Source: Candidatus Eiseniibacteriota bacterium
GTDB taxonomy: Bacteria; Eisenbacteria; RBG-16-71-46
DNA: 64,000 bases
Direction of reading: 5' to 3'
Assembly (NCBI GenBank): GCA_963744995.1
Contig: CAVUWA010000010.1
Location: 96,001-160,000, forward strand
Shown: positions 59,901 to 64,000 of the stretch, in pieces
Position numbering within the stretch: position 1 is the first letter of the stretch
How the letters are laid out: every line of letters starts with the position of its first letter
The notes under the pieces: generated by a model
The model's database searches: none
What the model was told of the DNA's origin: nothing
The model's input: only the letters and a program-made list of their open reading frames with translations
Made by a program: the position numbers and the translations under genes

Positions 59901-60892
59901 CGGCCGTCTCGAACATGACCGGCGGCACCCTCAACTACCACCTGGGCGATGTCTCCGACGGCGTCACGGCCGGAACGGGCGACAACGACGTGCAGACCGA
60001 GGACATCTCGCTGCTCGGTTCCAATTACGGCATCTCGATCGCGCCGAGCAGTCCGATCGGCTATCTCGACGTGGGCCCGACGACCGACAACTCGATCCAT
60101 GCGCGTCCGACGACCGACAACAAGATCGACTTCGAGGATCTGATCCTGTTCTCGATCAATTACGGCCAGGTGTCGGCGCCGCAGGCCGCGCTGCGGCAGG
60201 TGGCGGCGCGCAGCAACGCCGTGACGCTGCAGGTTCCCGATCTGCCCGCCATCGGCGAGACGTTCGACGTCGCCGTGCAGCTCGCGGGTCGCGGCGATCT
60301 GCAGGGCCTGTCGCTCGAACTGACCTACGACGGCAACGTGATCGAACCGATGGGCTTCACACAGGGCGATCTGCTCGCGCGCCAGGCACGCCCGGCGCTG
60401 CTGCTCGCCCCGGACAAGGCAGGGCTCGACGCCGCGCTGCTCGGCGTCGGAAGCGGCATCTCGGGCGAAGGCAACCTCGCCACGATGCGCTTCCGCGTGA
60501 AGGCGTCCGGCGATCCGGGGCTGCGCATCGCGAGCCTGATTGGTCGTGACGCCTCGAACCACCCGGTGTCGTTCGAAGGCCGGCCGGCGGTGGAAGCCCC
60601 GGCGCAGATCCCGACGCGCACCTCGCTGGGATTCGCGTTCCCGAATCCGAGCCGCGACGGCACCTCGATCGAGCTCGCCCTGGCCCGTGCCGGGCACGCA
60701 TCGCTCGACGTGTTCGACCTGTCGGGCCGCCGCGTGGCGACCCTGCTCGACGGCCGCTACGAGGCCGGCGTGCGGGTCGTGCAATGGAACGGCCGGACCG
60801 ACCGTGGCACCCTTGCACCGGCCGGGTTCTACGTGATTCGTCTCCAGACCGACGGCGTCCAGGTGACCCGTCGCGTCCAGCTGCTGCACTGA
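56948..60892 (+). CDS. Large secreted protein: beta-helix (pectin-lyase-like), cohesin-like, dockerin-like, cohesin-like and FlgD-Ig CTD domains
   Basis: Signal peptide; TIQSAVDAA...V.VAAG.Y.E; FQKN, AQNGIQ; NNWWG..DGP; paired EF-hand-like segments; GETFDV.V...LTYD...GNLATMRF; CTD PNP...WNGR...GFYVIRL; AGGGAG RBS. Confidence 0.85.
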   Translation: MTAWPHRLTRFVRPPLMRSGTLIATLLSASLLFAAAPVHAAVHNLVFGAPYAAASFGSTSSEHYSGGSAWSKVYPGGPKFELYVDVASQFGSSFTVSQIQSITYHTLNDANNPSDVDFFLAIYTQPFGGGDAGWYGHRLNAEPLYSTAYVPPTAGVWNEWNTDPGANQLTFFDSNHCGNLGFYGAPHLQDITSGPITWSTIAGTGATATTTPIDYSGEQVLYISLQTGSGWASFEGHLDAITVSLTTGDSYVIDLEGPTDPLYVDGAWAAAAPGTEVPGGHFTGYDAFGTIQSAVDAAIPGGTVNVAAGAYVEQVVIDGKDLAVQGAGAGATTIQSPASLTASFMTGSNTNKPVVLCQNANDIHLSDLTVDGDGQGNANARFMGVAYFNAGGALLDADVLHVRNTPADGSQHGIGVYSYNTTGGPYTLECGNLNVSDFQKNAFSLSGTGMTVNVHDCTATGAGDISYTAQNGIQVGFGAAGSISDCAVSGIRYTPATYVASGILVYQPGGNVDVSGLAGSNAIASVQAPISWYDGSGTIDGVEVTGPVVSGVDFGPVFIGNFTAPAAYSATAAGNASRVPPASPVDDGAGTSMRAAATAYAAFNVSVSHGCLTGGDVAGTDGVYAYSAGGPLNVSVNNTVLADWDRGLVADGAAASLTANDNSISSNLSAGYDNSASLAGQDASNNWWGASDGPGGVEPGSGDAIVGTGVGVAPYLISGVNTSAGCGFVPPPANTIDPVPPAGCISAANSCVTVAVDISRTSSDDIRGFSVPIQLSSNLELCAGVSSITEGTYLSNVSGTTFMVTDLGGGAYTVDCAILGLPCGATAPTGNLFNISVKKAAGPDGIGTVSVGTPIARDCDNGPVAVTGGGSADVTIDTGGPAAMADLAASQVITGNDTDGTTKIQLSFTAPGDASVLEVYRAGFGNYPEYDDAPGAGAVPAIPSYPPAAPWTLTPVTANGQNDEVAVRDFYYYVAFSKDACGNVSAVSNMTGGTLNYHLGDVSDGVTAGTGDNDVQTEDISLLGSNYGISIAPSSPIGYLDVGPTTDNSIHARPTTDNKIDFEDLILFSINYGQVSAPQAALRQVAARSNAVTLQVPDLPAIGETFDVAVQLAGRGDLQGLSLELTYDGNVIEPMGFTQGDLLARQARPALLLAPDKAGLDAALLGVGSGISGEGNLATMRFRVKASGDPGLRIASLIGRDASNHPVSFEGRPAVEAPAQIPTRTSLGFAFPNPSRDGTSIELALARAGHASLDVFDLSGRRVATLLDGRYEAGVRVVQWNGRTDRGTLAPAGFYVIRLQTDGVQVTRRVQLLH

Positions 60893-60899
60893 ACGCGGG

Positions 60900-60963
60900 C
60901 CGCTCGGACCGTGCGGGCGCCTTCGGGCGCCCGCCGGCTCGGCGGCCGTACGGACCCGAGCGG
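60900..60963 (+). other. Strong intergenic stem-loop structure
   Basis: GCGGGCGCC-TTCG-GGCGCCCGC (60913-60934) inside an outer CGCTCGG/CCGAGCG stem; no U-tract. Confidence 0.7.
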
Positions 60964-61025
60964 GGCGGCGTCGAGATCGTCGCCACCCCGCCGGTTCGCC
61001 ATGAACGACACATCGGAGGACCCGC

Positions 61026-61571
61026 ATGAGCCGCATGGCCCGCTGCTTCGTCACCTTCACGCTCGCATTCCTCGCCGCGTTCTACGGCGGCGCCGCGCGG
61101 GCTGCCTCGGTCACCATGGTTCCAGCCGACACCAGCGTCACGATCGGTGAAACCGTCGTTCTGCGCGTGCAGCTCATCTCGCCCTTTTCGAATTTCGAGG
61201 GCTTCAAGGCCGTCTACCGCTACGAGCCGAACGTGCTCTCCTTCATTGGCGCGACCCCGGGGGAGGTGTTCACGAGCGCACCGGGCGCGATCTTCGCCAC
61301 GCTGCGATCCGAGTACGCCGCGCCCATGGACAGCGTGTGGTACGAAGCCGCCGTGCTGGACGGCACCAGCTCCGGTCCGGGCATCCTGGCATACCTGACG
61401 TTCCAGACCATCGGACCGGGGAACGGGACGATCGTCTGCAAAGGCGTGGACCTGCGCGACTCGGACAATCAGCAGACGCTCGCGACCTGCTTCGACGCGA
61501 TCGTGCACGTGTTCCCGCCGGTGCCCGTGCGGCCGACATCGTGGAGCCGGTTGAAGGTGCTGTACCGGTAG
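61026..61571 (+). CDS. Secreted single cohesin-like domain protein with C-terminal PTSWSRLKVLYR tail
   Basis: GGAGG RBS, signal peptide, V.IGETV...YEPNVLSF...GPGILAYLTF; Pro-rich linker and basic tail. Confidence 0.82.
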   Translation: MSRMARCFVTFTLAFLAAFYGGAARAASVTMVPADTSVTIGETVVLRVQLISPFSNFEGFKAVYRYEPNVLSFIGATPGEVFTSAPGAIFATLRSEYAAPMDSVWYEAAVLDGTSSGPGILAYLTFQTIGPGNGTIVCKGVDLRDSDNQQTLATCFDAIVHVFPPVPVRPTSWSRLKVLYR

Positions 61572-61710
61572 TCGCTCCGCGTCGCGCCGGGGACGTTCGT
61601 CACACGGGCGCGGCGCCACCGCGCGTCCGCCGGGCCGGCTGCCTGCGTGCCGCGGCCGGATCGCGTTCAGCCTCTCACGCCGCGACACCCCCCTGCGCTA
61701 GGCTTCCCCC

Positions 61711-63483
61711 ATGGCCGCATTCTTCGTCGTCCGCGATCCCGCCCCCGAGCGCCGCCGCCGCGGCATGCAGGCTGCCGAAGCGGCCATGCGTTCCTTCGAC
61801 GTCGAGATCGCATCGGCCGAACGAGGCGACATCGGCCTCGTATGGGGCGCCTTTGCGGGGGCGCCGCTCGACCGCGCACCCGGCGCGTTCCTGCTGGGCG
61901 AGGCGATCCCCGGTCCCGGCCCCGAGCGCCTGTCCGCGGCTCAATACGCGGTGCGCGTCGCGGTCACCGGCACGCCGCCCGCGTGCGACGGCTACTACGC
62001 CGCCGTGACCTTCGGCGACGACGGCGCGCTCACCGTCGCGGCCGATCCGCTCGGCACGTTCCCGATCTACGTCGCGGAGGCCGGCACGGCGCTGCTCGTC
62101 GCCTCGAGCCCCGCACTGATCACCGGCTACCCGGGGTTCACCGCCGCGCCCGACCCGCTCGGGCTCGCCGCGCTGCTGATCGCGAACGGTCCCGTGCGCG
62201 GGCGCACGCCGTATCGCGGCATCCGTCGCCTCGCGCTCGGCCACGTCCTGGTCGCGGCGCGGAGCCAGGCGCCGCGCGAAGTGCGCACCTATTCCCTCAC
62301 GCCGCACCGCGAGAGCCACGACGTTCCGGCGGCCGAGTGCGCGCTGCGAGTCCATGAGTCCTTCGTCGCCGCCGCGCGGCGTCACGTGCCGGTCGGCGAG
62401 CCGCACACGATGCTGCTCTCGGGCGGACTCGACTCGCGCATCGTGCTCGGCGTGCTGGCGAGGCAGGGCGTACCGCTCAACGTGATCACGCGCGGGCGCA
62501 GGGACGATCTCGAATACCGCTGCGCACGTGCCGTCGCGCGGCGCCTGGGTCTCGAGCAGCGGCTCGTGCCGCACGGCCACGGTTCGTTCCGGGCGTTCGA
62601 GCACCGCATCCGGTGGGACGGCATGGCCTGCACCCCCGGTACCGGGGCCGACGCCGGCGAGAGGCTGCCCGGCGCGCACCGTTTCCTGGCCTCGGGCTAT
62701 CTCGCCGATCCGTTCTTCGGCGGGCTCACGATCACCAAGTCGTTCGACCGCGTGTCCCGCACCGCGAGCTTCGAGCACTACCTCGCGCGCACCAACAGCT
62801 GGGGGGTGCCGCTCGACCTGCTGCCGCGTCTGCTGCGCAGCGACGTGTTCGGCGACGCCGTGCCCGAGATCGAGGCGCAGCTGCGGGAAGACTACACGGG
62901 CGCCGGTGGGGATCACCTCGCACGGTCGTGGCTCCACACCATGGAGCTCCGCCAGCGCGTCGGCATCGGGCACGTCTTCTCGCACCTCGCCTTCGGCGGC
63001 TGGCCACGCAACCCGCAGCTCGACCGCGACGTGCTGCATACCGTCGCCGGCGTGCCGCTCGGGCTGCTCGCCGAGCGGAGGCTCGAATACGACATGCTGA
63101 AGCGCTGCCACCCGGATCTCGCGCGGCTGCCGCTCGACCGCAACGACTTCGATGTCACGCCGCCGCTGCCGGGCGCGATGGATCTCGTGCGCGCCGGTCT
63201 CGACCGCCGTATCCGGCGCTGGCGCGCGCGCCTGGGCGTGCCGCGCCCCGAGCGTCGCTATTACCACCGGACCTACGACTTCAACGGCCCGGCGTGGCGT
63301 ACGGCGCGCCGCGGCGCCGAGGCCGACCGCGAGCGCGCGTACGCCCTGTTCGAACGGCAGGCCTTCGACGCCCTGGTGCCGCGCGCGGCGGAGCGCTGGG
63401 CGCCGGCCCGGAGCATCGAAGCGGCGGCTGCAGTGAAGATGCTCACCTGCATCCCGGTCTGGCTGCGCGCCGCGTTCGGATGA
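61711..63483 (+). CDS. Asparagine synthetase-like protein
   Basis: DPLG.FPIY, LLSGGLDSR PP-loop, NPQLD. Confidence 0.85.
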   Translation: MAAFFVVRDPAPERRRRGMQAAEAAMRSFDVEIASAERGDIGLVWGAFAGAPLDRAPGAFLLGEAIPGPGPERLSAAQYAVRVAVTGTPPACDGYYAAVTFGDDGALTVAADPLGTFPIYVAEAGTALLVASSPALITGYPGFTAAPDPLGLAALLIANGPVRGRTPYRGIRRLALGHVLVAARSQAPREVRTYSLTPHRESHDVPAAECALRVHESFVAAARRHVPVGEPHTMLLSGGLDSRIVLGVLARQGVPLNVITRGRRDDLEYRCARAVARRLGLEQRLVPHGHGSFRAFEHRIRWDGMACTPGTGADAGERLPGAHRFLASGYLADPFFGGLTITKSFDRVSRTASFEHYLARTNSWGVPLDLLPRLLRSDVFGDAVPEIEAQLREDYTGAGGDHLARSWLHTMELRQRVGIGHVFSHLAFGGWPRNPQLDRDVLHTVAGVPLGLLAERRLEYDMLKRCHPDLARLPLDRNDFDVTPPLPGAMDLVRAGLDRRIRRWRARLGVPRPERRYYHRTYDFNGPAWRTARRGAEADRERAYALFERQAFDALVPRAAERWAPARSIEAAAAVKMLTCIPVWLRAAFG

Positions 63484-63511
63484 GCGCGGGAGGCACCCCC
63501 GCCGGCCGCGC

Positions 63512-64000
63512 TCATTTCATCCAGAGGTCGAAGCCCAGCTTGATCCCGTAGTTGTTGGTGGCGGGAATCACCGTGGCTCCGTTGTCCTTGCCTTCCGCGA
63601 CATGGTCCAGACGGAACTCGGCCCGCAGCGTGCCGTGGCCGTGCCCGAGCTCGCCCTGCAGTCCGAAGCCGCCGCCCACGATCGGGCTCACCGCTGCGCC
63701 ATCACCGAGGAAGTTGTCGGCGTTCACGCTCACGAGACCCAGTCCGCCGGTCAGATACGGATGCACCCGGCCCGCGGCGGCAAAGTTGTACTGGTAGTTG
63801 CCGCTGAGCTGGAGTGACGAAAAGCTCCCCCCGTCGGTGGAAACATGCGAGAACCCGCTGTCCAGGTAGAACTGCTGACGCGGGTCCTCGCCCCGGAACC
63901 CGATCCTGAGGCCCGGCGACGCCACGATGTTGAACAGCCCCTGCGACGGCCAGCCGATCAGGGTGAATGATTCGATCCCGTTCTCGGTGGGATCCACGAC
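63512..64000 (-). CDS. Outer-membrane beta-barrel protein (5'-truncated by window edge)
   Basis: YQYNF, HPYLTGGLG, LRAEFR, KLGFDLW amphipathic strands. Confidence 0.78.
   Translation of the reverse strand, partial: VVDPTENGIESFTLIGWPSQGLFNIVASPGLRIGFRGEDPRQQFYLDSGFSHVSTDGGSFSSLQLSGNYQYNFAAAGRVHPYLTGGLGLVSVNADNFLGDGAAVSPIVGGGFGLQGELGHGHGTLRAEFRLDHVAEGKDNGATVIPATNNYGIKLGFDLWMK

Noticed and set aside
61026..63483. Lasso peptide cluster
   Set aside because: No B1/B2 leader peptidase, RRE or precursor seen next to the AsnB-like gene

Overview
Very GC-rich (about 70% by eye) bacterial chromosomal segment. It encodes outer-membrane beta-barrels and an LPS-type GT9, and several large secreted proteins end in FlgD-Ig/T9SS-like C-terminal domains. 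This suggests a diderm FCB-related lineage such as Ca. Eisenbacteria or Krumholzibacteriota (inference only). 1-14.6 kb: a lipoprotein, an OM barrel, two flavoproteins, a YciI/DGPF protein and three large modular secreted proteins (NHL; FG-GAP plus S11 DD-peptidase; LamG plus P-domain). 14.8-24.8 kb: a cbb3 oxidase operon (fused ccoNO, Q, P, G, H, DsbD_2, I, S) with two single-base frameshifts, preceded by puuD. 24.9-33.7 kb: a membrane TPR protein, mscL, two orphan Flp pilins behind a sigma54-type promoter, a DASS transporter, tadA, three tRNAs and a GT-C protein. 34-49.8 kb: an M1 aminopeptidase, an ABC exporter, a TPR-iscS-mnmA-methyltransferase-GAF-PAS hybrid kinase run, DUF4301 and a PLP lyase. 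50-64 kb: GT9, a DUF62 SAM hydrolase, an S41 protease, an aminotransferase, nagZ, a cohesin/dockerin-like secreted pair, an Asn-synthetase-like protein and a partial OM barrel. No rRNA, CRISPR array, transposase or integrase was seen. The best candidates for new biology are the cohesin/dockerin-like surface module with a second C-terminal sorting-like motif (SWxxLKxLYR), the exported FG-GAP/DD-peptidase fusion, and the puuD-cbb3 linkage. All family calls come from motif recognition, not database searches.
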